A stretch of DNA of 64,000 nucleotides from a virus (IMGVR_UViG_3300032167_000010); one strand, 5' to 3'. Positions 37,547 through 47,962 are shown, counted from the stretch's first letter. Numbers and translations: made by a program. The notes: generated by a model not told the origin, from the letters alone.

Positions 37547-40500
37547 ATGCCAGCTAATGATAATTCTGGTAAGATGACGCCAGAGCTAATACGAGACTTA
37601 TCTAGAGTGTTTTCAGAAGTAGATGCTCTTATGAAAAAACAAGAAGAGCTTATTACTATTGTGCTTAAAGGCGAGAAAACTATTGCAGATGTTCGTATTG
37701 CAGAGCTAGACACTTATTTTGAAAAATACTCTAAAAAGCTAAACGATATTGCTAAGCAGCATAAAGATGAGCTAAGTGATGCTTTTTCTGTATTAGATAA
37801 AAAACTTGCAGAAGGCTCTAAAACGTCTTCTAATAAGCGTAAGGCAGTTAATGAAGAGAAAGCTGTTAGCAGTACTAAGAGTCAATCAGCCTCAGGCACA
37901 AACGTTTATAATGCGTCAAAAGCTATTAGTGAAATTCGCAGCCTGCTAAAGACGGGTATTGATGTTAATGATAAACAACAACAGCGATTATTAACCAATA
38001 TTTTAGATACGCTTAAAAATCAGCCAAGTGGCCCTAAATCAGCAATTTCTAATACAACTAATAGTGGCACAGAAAAAACCTCTAGCACTCCTGAAGAGAA
38101 GGCTGCACTCAGAGAAGCCTATCCTATTGTAAGGGGTATTAATGAAGCTAATACCATAAGGTATGCTGCAGACAATGAAATCGCCGCTACAAATGAGTTA
38201 GAAAAAGGTGCGGGACAACAACCAGTTGAACCAATTCAAACGCCACAGGAATCTTCTGTGGGAACTCACGATAGTGATAATAAAAGTGATATTGCTATTA
38301 CAGAAGATGATGTCAAAGCTGAAGACGTAAGTAAATTTCTCAAGGATCTTAAAAAGCAATATGAAAAAGCTGCTAAAGATAGAATACTTGCTAAAAATAA
38401 ACTTATTGCTGCTGGACAAATAGAAGAAGAAATAATAGTCCAAGCTTCTATCGACAAACAATTGGCTGACTCTTATGACAAACAGAAAGATTATATAACT
38501 AAAATAAGAGAACTTCAAGCCGAAGCTAAAGCTAGCCAAAATGATGAAATACTAGAAGTTAAAGTAAAAGAAGTTAAAGATAAGGCAGAACTTGTCCAGG
38601 AACAGAAAAAAGCAGATTTACGTAAAAAAGAAGAAGATAAGATTTTTGCGTGGAGAGCTTTAAAGGAAGCTGATTTACAAGCTAAAAAAAGTAAATTAAC
38701 TGCAGAAGAGTACGCTAAACAGTTAGCTAGTCTTGACAAAGAAACTGAAGCTAGACTGAAGAAAAGTAACGCCAAAGCTGAAAAAGAATTAGAAAAAGAA
38801 AACAAAAAAGATAAAGAAAAGAGTCGTTTAGAGAGTAGGTCTGAGCTTAAAAAACTACTAACAAGTCCACTAGGCCCAGGAGATGGTCTAAAAGAACGTT
38901 TCGCCGCTCTTAAAGAGCATACTGCAAATAAAATAACTGCAGATGAAAATGGTAACATCTCTAAAGGGAAAAAAGCTGTGGCGGCTCTCGATACTGCCGC
39001 AGCAGCGATTAGTGACCTTGCTAAACAGTTAGAAAATACTGTAGATGCTATTGGTAAATTTAAAGGTACTATCGACACCCGTCTACAAGGCTCTAAAAAT
39101 GATAAGCGCATGGGTTCTTATTGGGATCAGCTTATCGTAGATATGACCAGTGTAGGTGCTGTTACGCCCTTCTTTAAACAAGAAGATTTTGCTAATAACA
39201 TAAAGTCCTTAGTGGATAGAGGTATTGCTTTTGACCTTAAACAGCGTGCCTTCTTAATGACTATTAAAGATAAAATTGCTACTACTTTTGATGTCGCTGA
39301 TGGCACGTTACTAAGATTGATTAGACTGCAGCAAGAAGACTCTACTGCCGGGCGTCTTGGTATGGAGTCAGCTCTAAACTCCTTCTTGAATGAAATGTAT
39401 GAAAATACAGAGTATCTAAAAGATGTCGCTTCTAGTGTTCGTGGCAGTTTATTAGAAATGGAAGCACTGATGGATGACAGTAAAGCGGCTACTGAAGTTG
39501 AATACCAAGTACAAAAATGGATGGGTTCTTTATACTCTGTTGGTATGTCGCAAGAGGCTGTGCAAAATATCGCTAATACTTTAGGCCAAATTGCAGCTGG
39601 ACAAATTGATGGACTTACTGGCGGTAGTGGAGCTGGAAACCTATTAGTTATGGCAGCAAATGCATCTGGTAAGTCAATAGCTGAAATTCTAACTGAGGGT
39701 TTAAATGCTGATGAAACCAATAGTTTACTACAAGCAACAGTAAATTATTTAGCGGACATTGCAGAGTCTACTAAAGGTAATAATGTAGTACAACAGCAAA
39801 TTGCTGGGGTTTTTGGAGTTAAAGCTTCGGACTTACGAGCAGCAACAAATCTAAGAAGTGACCCCAAAGACAACAAAAATTCTATTGGGGATATTTATAA
39901 TGAAAATTTAAAATATAGCAACATGTTAAATCAGTTATTTAGTATGGCTGGTTCTATGTATGCTCGTACAAGTGTTGCTGAAATGCTGAGTAACATTTGG
40001 GCTAATGGTCAATATACCCTTGCCGGAAGTATGGCAAATAACCCAGTATCTTATCTTACTTATAAAGTGGCTTCCCTACTGGATAGCGTAGCTGGCGGAA
40101 TCGCGTTGCCATTCATCAATGTCATGGGCTTTGGTATAGACCTTGAGACGACAGTAGCAGACTTAATGAGAGTTGCTTCGATGAGTGGCGGTGTACTAAG
40201 TTCTCTTGGCTCGATGATTAAGGGGCTTAGAAATTCATTCAGCGGACAAGCAATGCTTAGAAAATTGGGCATTGAAGAAGGCAATGGCGCTTTACAAATA
40301 AATACTCGCGGTGGTGAAGGGCTCGGTGCAGAGCCTACTCCTGAAGGAAATAAAGTGTCTGAATCTGGTTTTATTGGGAACGCTGATAGTAGTAATATTA
40401 AAGAAACTACTATGCAAGCCGCGAATGATGATAAGAAAAAACAAATGATTAAAGCTAAAGAAGAAGAGCCCACAAATCAGGTAGATATGTTAAACAGCTC

Positions 40501-40771
40501 TGTAGTGAAAATCTATGAAATACTGGATGATGTAGCGAAGGGCACTAAAACACTGAGAGTTAGAGTAGATAATTACGGCTTAACCGGTGATAATAAGTCT
40601 ACTAAGTCGCAAGGCGGTGTTAACGGTCTGTCAGGAAACGCCACAAGTTTTTCGAATGACACTATGATTTCTAGTGGGGGAGCTAACAGCGTCAGCGGAG
40701 TGGATAATGGCCTAAGCAGTAGTCGAGCAAACAATTCAGTAACTAACCTAGGCGGTTGGACTGTCGGATAA
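37547..40771 (+). CDS. Tape measure protein
   Basis: 1074 aa, largely helical and Ala/Lys-rich; position; SD AGGAGG. Confidence 0.8.
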   Translation: MPANDNSGKMTPELIRDLSRVFSEVDALMKKQEELITIVLKGEKTIADVRIAELDTYFEKYSKKLNDIAKQHKDELSDAFSVLDKKLAEGSKTSSNKRKAVNEEKAVSSTKSQSASGTNVYNASKAISEIRSLLKTGIDVNDKQQQRLLTNILDTLKNQPSGPKSAISNTTNSGTEKTSSTPEEKAALREAYPIVRGINEANTIRYAADNEIAATNELEKGAGQQPVEPIQTPQESSVGTHDSDNKSDIAITEDDVKAEDVSKFLKDLKKQYEKAAKDRILAKNKLIAAGQIEEEIIVQASIDKQLADSYDKQKDYITKIRELQAEAKASQNDEILEVKVKEVKDKAELVQEQKKADLRKKEEDKIFAWRALKEADLQAKKSKLTAEEYAKQLASLDKETEARLKKSNAKAEKELEKENKKDKEKSRLESRSELKKLLTSPLGPGDGLKERFAALKEHTANKITADENGNISKGKKAVAALDTAAAAISDLAKQLENTVDAIGKFKGTIDTRLQGSKNDKRMGSYWDQLIVDMTSVGAVTPFFKQEDFANNIKSLVDRGIAFDLKQRAFLMTIKDKIATTFDVADGTLLRLIRLQQEDSTAGRLGMESALNSFLNEMYENTEYLKDVASSVRGSLLEMEALMDDSKAATEVEYQVQKWMGSLYSVGMSQEAVQNIANTLGQIAAGQIDGLTGGSGAGNLLVMAANASGKSIAEILTEGLNADETNSLLQATVNYLADIAESTKGNNVVQQQIAGVFGVKASDLRAATNLRSDPKDNKNSIGDIYNENLKYSNMLNQLFSMAGSMYARTSVAEMLSNIWANGQYTLAGSMANNPVSYLTYKVASLLDSVAGGIALPFINVMGFGIDLETTVADLMRVASMSGGVLSSLGSMIKGLRNSFSGQAMLRKLGIEEGNGALQINTRGGEGLGAEPTPEGNKVSESGFIGNADSSNIKETTMQAANDDKKKQMIKAKEEEPTNQVDMLNSSVVKIYEILDDVAKGTKTLRVRVDNYGLTGDNKSTKSQGGVNGLSGNATSFSNDTMISSGGANSVSGVDNGLSSSRANNSVTNLGGWTVG

Positions 40772-40784
40772 AAGGAGGAAATAA

Positions 40785-42431
40785 ATGTTAAAATATAATA
40801 ACACACATATTTTTACAGGATATTTGAAGCAGTTACTTTCTTCTTTTAACCTGCCCACCTGTAAAGTGTATACTCATGAATTTGCTAGACACTTAGAAAG
40901 CACTGGAAGAGAGGACCTCAGAGTTTTAAAATCGTTTGACCAATATAATGCTAATGGAAAACCTACTAAAACGATGCGTATTGGCTACTTAAAAGACGAT
41001 AACATTTTTAACTACTACGGCGTAAAAGTAACTGAGTCAAACTCTTTTAAGTGTAACTGGCAGCGAACTTCAGAGGTATTTTATTCTGCTGAAAAGTCCA
41101 TAAAAGGACTAACTAGAACTTTAGTAAGTGCTGGGTCTAGCTATGATACGATAACACATAAATATCTTGGGGAGTATTTGCGCTTTATTAGAGATTATTA
41201 TAACGTTAATTTAATGTCAATGTATAACTGTTTTAGTGATGAAATCTGTTATATTAATAATACTAATATAAGCGTACCCGAAAAAGAGAGCCCTACAAAA
41301 TTAATTATTAATTCATCTAATACTAACTATAAAATTTATAGGATTCCGGTAAAACTATTTGCGGACTATACTATTGCACTAGAGTGCCCTAGTAGTATTG
41401 AGATATTCTGTGGCTTATATAATAGCATGTTAGATACGTCTGAAGCGCTAGGTGAAAAGATTATACAAAAAACATATAAAAAGATAACAAATACTTTATT
41501 TAGCCAACCATTTTTATATAATAAACTAAATGTAAAGTTTTGGCAAAAAAAGGTTGGCAGTAACCCTATAAATGAATTAGAAGACATCTGCTGGGATATT
41601 ACTGCGCGTGAGCAGGACTTATACTTATTTATTAAGATACCCGCTACCTGTAGGTCATCTATTGTAGTGTTAGAGGGTGACTACCGTGAATATAATAGTT
41701 CATGTTATAAGGCCGATCGTAAAGAGTATACATATGTCAGCGCTAACGTTCCACAAACTATCGGTACTATTGCTGAGACCCCAGTAGCTGAAGTCTATGC
41801 TAAAACTGTCTGGAGCTATAATCAAAACAGAGCTATTTTAAATTTCTCTAATGCTAACGATTTGAATAACTGTGTATTTAAGCCTATAAGTAAATTACAA
41901 TTACTTGCTTTTAATACTGGAGAGTCTTATCCATTTGCGGATAGGTTAATTGAATATCTAATAGGTAGTGCTATTACGTCTATGGATGATATACATGACA
42001 ATATTATAAGAGCTCAAAGAGTAATGTCTCAAAACAATAACTTCTTTGTGATAGAAGGTTTGTGGGAAGAAAAAATGCAAAACATTTTGTACGACTACAT
42101 GATGAACTCAGGACCTATAGAGGTAAAAACTCTTGCTTTTGGTGCTGATAAAACCGACAGTGAAAACTATGGTAAAATTATTGACCCCGAAACCTATGAG
42201 TATAACTATGTAGAAAAACCAATACTTATAGATACACATGAAGGTTATCACAGACAATTAGGACATGCTAATAAAAGCTTATTATTTGACATTCTAGGTT
42301 ATGTTGATAAAGATACCGAAATGGCTTATGCATGCTATACTAAAAAACCTAATAAACAAGATAAGCTAGTCGCGTCTGTTGGAAATACAATTCAAAATGT
42401 AGACATCTATAATGGACTTTATGATATTTAA
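40785..42431 (+). CDS. Hypothetical tail/baseplate protein
   Basis: Position after the tape measure gene. Confidence 0.6.
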   Translation: MLKYNNTHIFTGYLKQLLSSFNLPTCKVYTHEFARHLESTGREDLRVLKSFDQYNANGKPTKTMRIGYLKDDNIFNYYGVKVTESNSFKCNWQRTSEVFYSAEKSIKGLTRTLVSAGSSYDTITHKYLGEYLRFIRDYYNVNLMSMYNCFSDEICYINNTNISVPEKESPTKLIINSSNTNYKIYRIPVKLFADYTIALECPSSIEIFCGLYNSMLDTSEALGEKIIQKTYKKITNTLFSQPFLYNKLNVKFWQKKVGSNPINELEDICWDITAREQDLYLFIKIPATCRSSIVVLEGDYREYNSSCYKADRKEYTYVSANVPQTIGTIAETPVAEVYAKTVWSYNQNRAILNFSNANDLNNCVFKPISKLQLLAFNTGESYPFADRLIEYLIGSAITSMDDIHDNIIRAQRVMSQNNNFFVIEGLWEEKMQNILYDYMMNSGPIEVKTLAFGADKTDSENYGKIIDPETYEYNYVEKPILIDTHEGYHRQLGHANKSLLFDILGYVDKDTEMAYACYTKKPNKQDKLVASVGNTIQNVDIYNGLYDI

Positions 42432-42446
42432 AGGAGGAAGGACTAA

Positions 42447-43067
42447 ATGCCAGAAACAGAACAAAGTATTATAAATAGAATTTTACCGGACTGTTATTTG
42501 TACATATCACATTTAAATGAGCCTTATCAATACTGGATGCTACCCGGGTACCCGGATACCGTTTCAGACTCGATGAATGTACAATTTAAAGAAAGCACTG
42601 CTCTTGGTAGGTCTGCTCCTGTTTATACTTTTAGCAACTCTGGTCCAAGGTCTGTGAATATTCAGTTGGAATTCCATAGAGATATGTTTGAAGATATAAA
42701 TAATTTTCGCTATCCAAAAGATGCAAGTGGAAATCACACCGGGCCTTTTGTTGATGGTGACGACATGGCTGATACTTTTATTAAAGCCATTCAAGCTATA
42801 GCAGTACCTAAGTATAATCTTTCTAACAAAGCTATAGAACCTCCACTAGTAGCCGTTAGATTTGGTCGTGAAGTTTTTATCAAAGGTATTGTATCCAGTC
42901 AAGTACAAGTGACTTATAAAAAACCTATTTTATCTAATGAAAAATACGCGATCATAGGTATTAGTTTTACAATTTCAGAAGTAGACCCTTATGATGCTTC
43001 TACTGTATTTACTAATGGCTCGTTTAGAGGCCTTACAGCAACACTTAGAACCGGTATGAACTTTTAA
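42447..43067 (+). CDS. Tail tube initiator-like protein
   Basis: GRSAPVYTFSNSGPRSVNIQLEF and PPLVAVRFG. Confidence 0.7.
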   Translation: MPETEQSIINRILPDCYLYISHLNEPYQYWMLPGYPDTVSDSMNVQFKESTALGRSAPVYTFSNSGPRSVNIQLEFHRDMFEDINNFRYPKDASGNHTGPFVDGDDMADTFIKAIQAIAVPKYNLSNKAIEPPLVAVRFGREVFIKGIVSSQVQVTYKKPILSNEKYAIIGISFTISEVDPYDASTVFTNGSFRGLTATLRTGMNF

Positions 43068-43079
43068 GGAGGATTTTAA

Positions 43080-43409
43080 ATGGATACTTTAAAAAATAAA
43101 GCATATGCTAGTTTTGATTACATAAGTAGATATACAGACACTCCCTATTATTATGATACTCTTACTGATAAACAAATATTCGGTATTGGAACCAACTTAA
43201 AAGATAACGCAGAGTTTGTGACACATACAGTAAAGAGCAATGATACTCTAAACTCGCTTGCTTTAAAATATTATAATAATCCAACTTTCTGGTGGGTAAT
43301 AGCTTATTTTAATAATATACAAGATGCATTTAAACCGCTTAGAGATAAGTATACTACCCTAAAAATACCTAATATATCGAGTATTCAATTTGGAAGGTTT
43401 AACAAATGA
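43080..43409 (+). CDS. LysM-domain baseplate protein (gp53-like)
   Basis: HTVKSNDTLNSLALKYYNNPTFWWVIA. Confidence 0.85.
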   Translation: MDTLKNKAYASFDYISRYTDTPYYYDTLTDKQIFGIGTNLKDNAEFVTHTVKSNDTLNSLALKYYNNPTFWWVIAYFNNIQDAFKPLRDKYTTLKIPNISSIQFGRFNK

Positions 43410-44704
43410 GTGAAAATAAAATAATACTAAATAGAAAACTGCTTTCTAGTCAAGCACGAATACAAGTGCCCTGGGTTAAAGTTACTATTGGTGATTATAC
43501 TTTTGGTGTTTTTGACGAGGAAACAAAAACTTGGAGTAAAGATTCACAAGATTTTTTCCAACCGTTCAACATTCAATATCCACAATATATTACAGATTTA
43601 CAAGTCAAAAAAGTTAACGGCCAAGTAAATACTTATACCTTAAATATTGAGTATCCAGTTACTCTTTATGATGACCCAAATTTTTTTGAAAAAGTATTTT
43701 CAAGCGTAAGTAGTTCTAGAAAAATTATCTTTTCATATGGCGACGCTGAAATGCCTGCTTACGTATATAAAAATGAAGAAGCCATTATTACAAATATCTC
43801 TCAAACATTTTCACTCGTAGGTAGCACTATTAATTATACTGTTACTGCTGTGAGTAGTGCGGCACTTTCTACTGATGGAAGTCTCACTGTCCTCGGCACA
43901 GGTGATGGATTAAAGAAAAAACCTAGTGATGAAATTAAAAGTCTTTTTAAGAATAATAAAAGCTTACGAAATACTTTTACTGGTATGTCTGATGCTGACT
44001 TAAATACACTTATCGCTGGTGATGATATGTCTGTCGAACTTGAATCTAAGCATAATATATCTGCACTAGACTATCTAAATTATTTAGTTGGCTGTATGAT
44101 TCCAGAGGGTTCTCAAGCAGGTCTTAGTAAAGAAATCTATGCATTAACCATCCATGATGACTCTATGACAAGTTCCAGTGGTGCGAATAGCGCTAAAGGA
44201 CCTTGGTTCGAAGTAAGAAAAGTTTCAACAGTTATGGAACAGGATGAAGCTTATGAAATTGATATAGGTATAAATACCTCTACTATAGTAAGAAACTTTA
44301 CATTAAATCAAAATGCAAATTATTCGATTTATTATGATTATCAAAACTTAGCTCATCCGGAGAAATATATTCGTGTTTTAAATGGCGACGGTCTTTGGGA
44401 AGATAAATATGCTCCAACAAGTATGGCACGTCCAGGAGATTTTAAATCAAAACCGAGTGATACTGTTTGGTGGACTAAAGCTACTCAGTTCCCAGTAAAA
44501 GCAAATATCCAAGTACAAGGTCTATTACGTCCTGCAACGCTCTTACAATATGTAAAACTTAATGTTATCTTTCCAGGAGGTAGATATCACATATCTAGTG
44601 GTCTTTACATTGTAACCAGTCAAGTAGATAATATTGGACCGAACGGTTATGCTACCAATCTAGAACTTACTAGAATAAAAGGTGATATGGATAAATTTAA
44701 TTAA
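43406..44704 (+). CDS. Baseplate hub protein (gp27-like)
   Basis: C-terminal SSGLYIVTSQVDNIGPNGYATNLELTR; position. Confidence 0.7.
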   Translation: MSENKIILNRKLLSSQARIQVPWVKVTIGDYTFGVFDEETKTWSKDSQDFFQPFNIQYPQYITDLQVKKVNGQVNTYTLNIEYPVTLYDDPNFFEKVFSSVSSSRKIIFSYGDAEMPAYVYKNEEAIITNISQTFSLVGSTINYTVTAVSSAALSTDGSLTVLGTGDGLKKKPSDEIKSLFKNNKSLRNTFTGMSDADLNTLIAGDDMSVELESKHNISALDYLNYLVGCMIPEGSQAGLSKEIYALTIHDDSMTSSSGANSAKGPWFEVRKVSTVMEQDEAYEIDIGINTSTIVRNFTLNQNANYSIYYDYQNLAHPEKYIRVLNGDGLWEDKYAPTSMARPGDFKSKPSDTVWWTKATQFPVKANIQVQGLLRPATLLQYVKLNVIFPGGRYHISSGLYIVTSQVDNIGPNGYATNLELTRIKGDMDKFN

Positions 44705-44733
44705 ATACAAAACTAATAATTTTATATTATAAA

Positions 44734-44766
44734 AAGAACTTAGGTAAAAATACTTAGGTTCTTTTA
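44734..44766 (+). terminator. AAGAAC...GTTCTT family terminator
   Basis: Shared outer stem; loop contains AAAATA. Confidence 0.65.
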
Positions 44767-44783
44767 TTTTGCCAAATTTTTAC

Positions 44784-44791
44784 CGTATAAT
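44784..44791 (+). promoter_or_regulatory. Middle-type promoter CGTATAAT
   Basis: Recurrent motif after a terminator. Confidence 0.45.
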
Positions 44792-44815
44792 AAAATATAA
44801 AATAACTGGAGGAAC

Positions 44816-45103
44816 TTGATGATTAATATTATTACAGCAAAAGAAGCAACAGCTCTTTCTAATGAAGAACTATCTGTAAAGCAGATTAGAAAGCTTATTT
44901 TTGATGGTATTTATAATAAAGCTCAAGAAGGTGACTTTGTGTATGAATACTTATCTAGGAATGAACTACCGAGTGGAATTTGTTTAGAACTAGTTAGCTT
45001 AGGTTATCAAATAGCTAAATCTAGATATGCAGATGATGAGGGTAATTATCATTACAATGTCTATTGGGGAACTGATGTTGTCGCACAGTTTTATGAAAAA
45101 TAA
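44816..45103 (+). CDS. Hypothetical protein
   Basis: SD GGAGG. Confidence 0.7.
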   Translation: MMINIITAKEATALSNEELSVKQIRKLIFDGIYNKAQEGDFVYEYLSRNELPSGICLELVSLGYQIAKSRYADDEGNYHYNVYWGTDVVAQFYEK

Positions 45104-45116
45104 TTAGGAGGAAGTT

Positions 45117-45593
45117 ATGTTAGATTATTCATCACTAGATACTAAAATTCAAAAATGGTTTGTTGAAAATCAACCTGACGATCAAATGAAATATAAAGAA
45201 ACTTGGTGGAATAATAATCTTCTTATTAGAGATAGGCTATTAAAACTATTCCCTCACTATTATGCTGAAGTAGTCGGAACGCACTGCTCTAAATCTATTA
45301 AATGTCCTGTGATTAAAACTGGATATAAAGGCGTAGAAATTATTTGGCAGTATAACTTTCATGACTGGCAAATTATGATTAAAAGTCCAGTTGATTTAGA
45401 ATTACACGACTTAGAGTTATATAATGCTGACGGAACTTATTTTTATTATCAAGGTATTCCAGAAGATTATAAATTTGACCGTTATTCTAAAACAAATAAA
45501 AAACAGTTTGCTATTGATATTTCGGGCGACCGATTTGATGTTTGGGGATTTGCTTTAGAACTTAGAAAAGCTATTGATAATGCAATAACCTAA
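45117..45593 (+). CDS. Hypothetical aromatic-rich protein
   Basis: SD AGGAGG. Confidence 0.75.
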   Translation: MLDYSSLDTKIQKWFVENQPDDQMKYKETWWNNNLLIRDRLLKLFPHYYAEVVGTHCSKSIKCPVIKTGYKGVEIIWQYNFHDWQIMIKSPVDLELHDLELYNADGTYFYYQGIPEDYKFDRYSKTNKKQFAIDISGDRFDVWGFALELRKAIDNAIT

Positions 45594-45608
45594 TTTGGAG
45601 GACTGACT

Positions 45609-45881
45609 GTGGAAGTAGAACGAATAGCAAAAGAAGTGGTTATGTTTTTAGAATCACAATATGGTAGAAATACTTTTGATTTTAAATTTAATACGTCTTA
45701 TAATTCTATTAGCGACAAAGAATTGCACCTTAATATATGTGCTAAAAATGGAAAAGTTCTTAAAGTAATTACAAGTGATTTTCTTAAATATATTTTTAAC
45801 ATCCGCCCGATGCTATACATAGCAGAGAGAAAAATGTGGTTGTGGCAAAAAGAACTTATAGATGAAATTGAGGGGAGTTAA
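45609..45881 (+). CDS. Hypothetical protein
   Basis: SD GGAGG with GTG start. Confidence 0.7.
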   Translation: MEVERIAKEVVMFLESQYGRNTFDFKFNTSYNSISDKELHLNICAKNGKVLKVITSDFLKYIFNIRPMLYIAERKMWLWQKELIDEIEGS

Positions 45882-45883
45882 TT

Positions 45884-46177
45884 ATGGCAACAAAATATTG
45901 TATTTATAAAAAAATCTTGGGGAAATATTGAAGCTTGGGAATATATCGACGACCTTAAATTCAAAATTATTGACACTACTATAATTAACAGCAGTAGCAT
46001 TAGAAATTATTATCATACTGACAAAGCGCCACTATTGATGTAAATAAACGACCAGAGGATATTGCTAATAATATAGAAGTCCTTGTAAACTCTATAAAAC
46101 AAAAAAAATTGGAAGTAGAAAAGCTTAAGAAAGAATTAAAGTGGCTTGAAAATAAATTATTTACTTCTTTAACTTAA
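45884..46177 (+). pseudogene. Doubly frameshifted small gene
   Basis: SD and ATG; A7 run near 45908 breaks the frame; the middle reads in +1 (KKSWGNIEAW...); the C-terminus returns to frame 0 (...KWLENKLFTSLT*). Confidence 0.55.
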
Positions 46178-46188
46178 CATTAATATAT

Positions 46189-46219
46189 AAGAACAGTATA
46201 AAATATGCTGTTCTTTTTT
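46189..46219 (+). terminator. AAGAAC...GTTCTT family terminator
   Basis: Stem plus T-run. Confidence 0.75.
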
Positions 46220-46226
46220 CTTATTT

Positions 46227-46235
46227 GCTAAATTA
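46227..46235 (+). promoter_or_regulatory. Late-type promoter GCTAAATTA
   Basis: Exact motif within the accessory region. Confidence 0.65.
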
Positions 46236-46284
46236 TATAGATTAACAAATAACAACTTTTCAATTTATTGGAGTAAGTAAAAAT

Positions 46285-46863
46285 ATGAATACACATTTTT
46301 TAGGAGTCCTTCAAGCCTTAGACAATATTACTGAAGGTGGGGCGGATTATCAAGAAAAATATAAACAATATATTATTGATCATAAAAGAAGAGTAAAGCA
46401 GTTCGCTGACTGGATGAAAGAAAATCTTCCTGAAGTTTTTTCTGATATAGATTATAACGTAGACATCGACGACTTCGACGAACTAATAAGAGAACACGAC
46501 GAGTCTAAATTTTCAGAAGAAGAATTTGAACCTTACGCTCAGAAGTTCTACGGCAAGCAAGATATTAATGGAAAGCCACTAGAGTATATTCCTGGCTGGG
46601 ACGAAGCTTGGAAGCATCACTGGATGAATAACGAACATCACCCAGAATATTGGTTAGGAAAAGATATGCCTTATATCTACATCTTAGAAATGATTTGTGA
46701 CTGGGGTTCGTTTGGACTTCAAGATGGAGACTATACAGAGTTAGTTGATTACTACTACGGCGAGGCTCGCGACGATGATGAGAAAAATCTTTCTGATAAT
46801 ACTAAGAAAATTATAGAAGAAATTCTTTCTAAAATAGAATCTAAGATAGGAGGTAATAATTAA
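46285..46863 (+). CDS. HD-superfamily phosphohydrolase (DUF5662-like)
   Basis: HKRRV, HDESKF, WKHHW..NEHHPEYW and EMICDW. Confidence 0.75.
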   Translation: MNTHFLGVLQALDNITEGGADYQEKYKQYIIDHKRRVKQFADWMKENLPEVFSDIDYNVDIDDFDELIREHDESKFSEEEFEPYAQKFYGKQDINGKPLEYIPGWDEAWKHHWMNNEHHPEYWLGKDMPYIYILEMICDWGSFGLQDGDYTELVDYYYGEARDDDEKNLSDNTKKIIEEILSKIESKIGGNN

Positions 46864-47921
46864 TGGCATTTAAAGATAAAACTAAATTGGCCTGCTCAAT
46901 AGATTTTGATGATGAATGGACTCAAGAAGACTGTCACTGGAAATACGATAGAGTATTTATTTTTAGCTATAAAGTTGATAGCAGTGTTAGGAATTCAAGA
47001 TTACACCTTTATTATAGATTTAGTCAATCTGATGATTTCACAGAAATACCGATTGGCAATTGTAAATTAGTAAATAATACTTACTATTATTCAATAAAAC
47101 TTTCTGATCCAGTCTTCGCGTGGATAATGAATAAAAGAGATTCAGTAGGACATTTAAGTGTAGAAATTAAAGCGACTGGTAGAACTTTGGTGTTACCTTT
47201 CATAGACTTAGAAGCTACTGCTGCTTATCTATATGATTATGTACTTCCACCTAGTTCTGAAAACTTAGATATTAATCTAACTAGAAAGTCGGCTGATAAT
47301 ATTATATGCTCTTGGAACAGACCTGAAGACTTATTAGATAATCCATCTGTCGCTGGCTATAGTATAGAATTATTCTGTAAGAAAAAAGACACTGATACTT
47401 TTATTCAATATAAAAATCTAGGTTGGGCAGTTTATCCTGATGACTGTGAAGACGAAACACTTCGTGGACAATTTGTTACTGATAATGAAGGTAGTCGCAA
47501 ATTAACTAAAATTACTAATAATAGTGATCCTGCCCTCAGCAATGTACCAGGTGAAATTTCATTTAAGGGAATAGGCAGTTCCTATGAGCTCCGAACAAGA
47601 GGGCCAGGTGAAATTAGTTTCTTTTTCAGGCCAAGAGACTTCGACATTCAAAAAGATGATTTCTTTATGATTAAAGTGTATCCTTATGTTGTTTACGGAA
47701 GTTACTTTGATGGTACTTACATGACACCAGGTACCCTACTTGCTTCAGAATCAGAAAAAGATAATGAAACAGACGGAATGGAATTTAAACTAGGTGTCGT
47801 TCGTGTTAAAACTGACAGTGGTTGGGTAGAAGGTCAAGTCTGGGTAATGACAGAGACTGGTTGGAAAGAAGCAGACTCTATTTACACAAAAACAGCTGAC
47901 GGCTGGAAAGAATCAATTTAA
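46863..47921 (+). CDS. Putative tail/virion accessory protein (FN3-like)
   Basis: CSWNRP...VAGYSIE; C-terminal GW-repeat VKTDSGW...TETGW...TADGW. Confidence 0.6.
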   Translation: MAFKDKTKLACSIDFDDEWTQEDCHWKYDRVFIFSYKVDSSVRNSRLHLYYRFSQSDDFTEIPIGNCKLVNNTYYYSIKLSDPVFAWIMNKRDSVGHLSVEIKATGRTLVLPFIDLEATAAYLYDYVLPPSSENLDINLTRKSADNIICSWNRPEDLLDNPSVAGYSIELFCKKKDTDTFIQYKNLGWAVYPDDCEDETLRGQFVTDNEGSRKLTKITNNSDPALSNVPGEISFKGIGSSYELRTRGPGEISFFFRPRDFDIQKDDFFMIKVYPYVVYGSYFDGTYMTPGTLLASESEKDNETDGMEFKLGVVRVKTDSGWVEGQVWVMTETGWKEADSIYTKTADGWKESI

Positions 47922-47928
47922 TTATTAA

Positions 47929-47962
47929 AAGAACGGTATGGAAAAATATCGTTCTTTTTTTT
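47929..47962 (+). terminator. AAGAAC...GTTCTT family terminator
   Basis: Stem plus T-run. Confidence 0.75.

Noticed and set aside
38198-40473. Long minus-strand ORFs in the track (e.g. 38515-39111, 39127-39720; also 14901-15353, 25873-26283, 24230-24939)
   Set aside because: They are antisense shadows of long + strand genes, rich in Ser/Phe/Leu, with no SD or promoter support.
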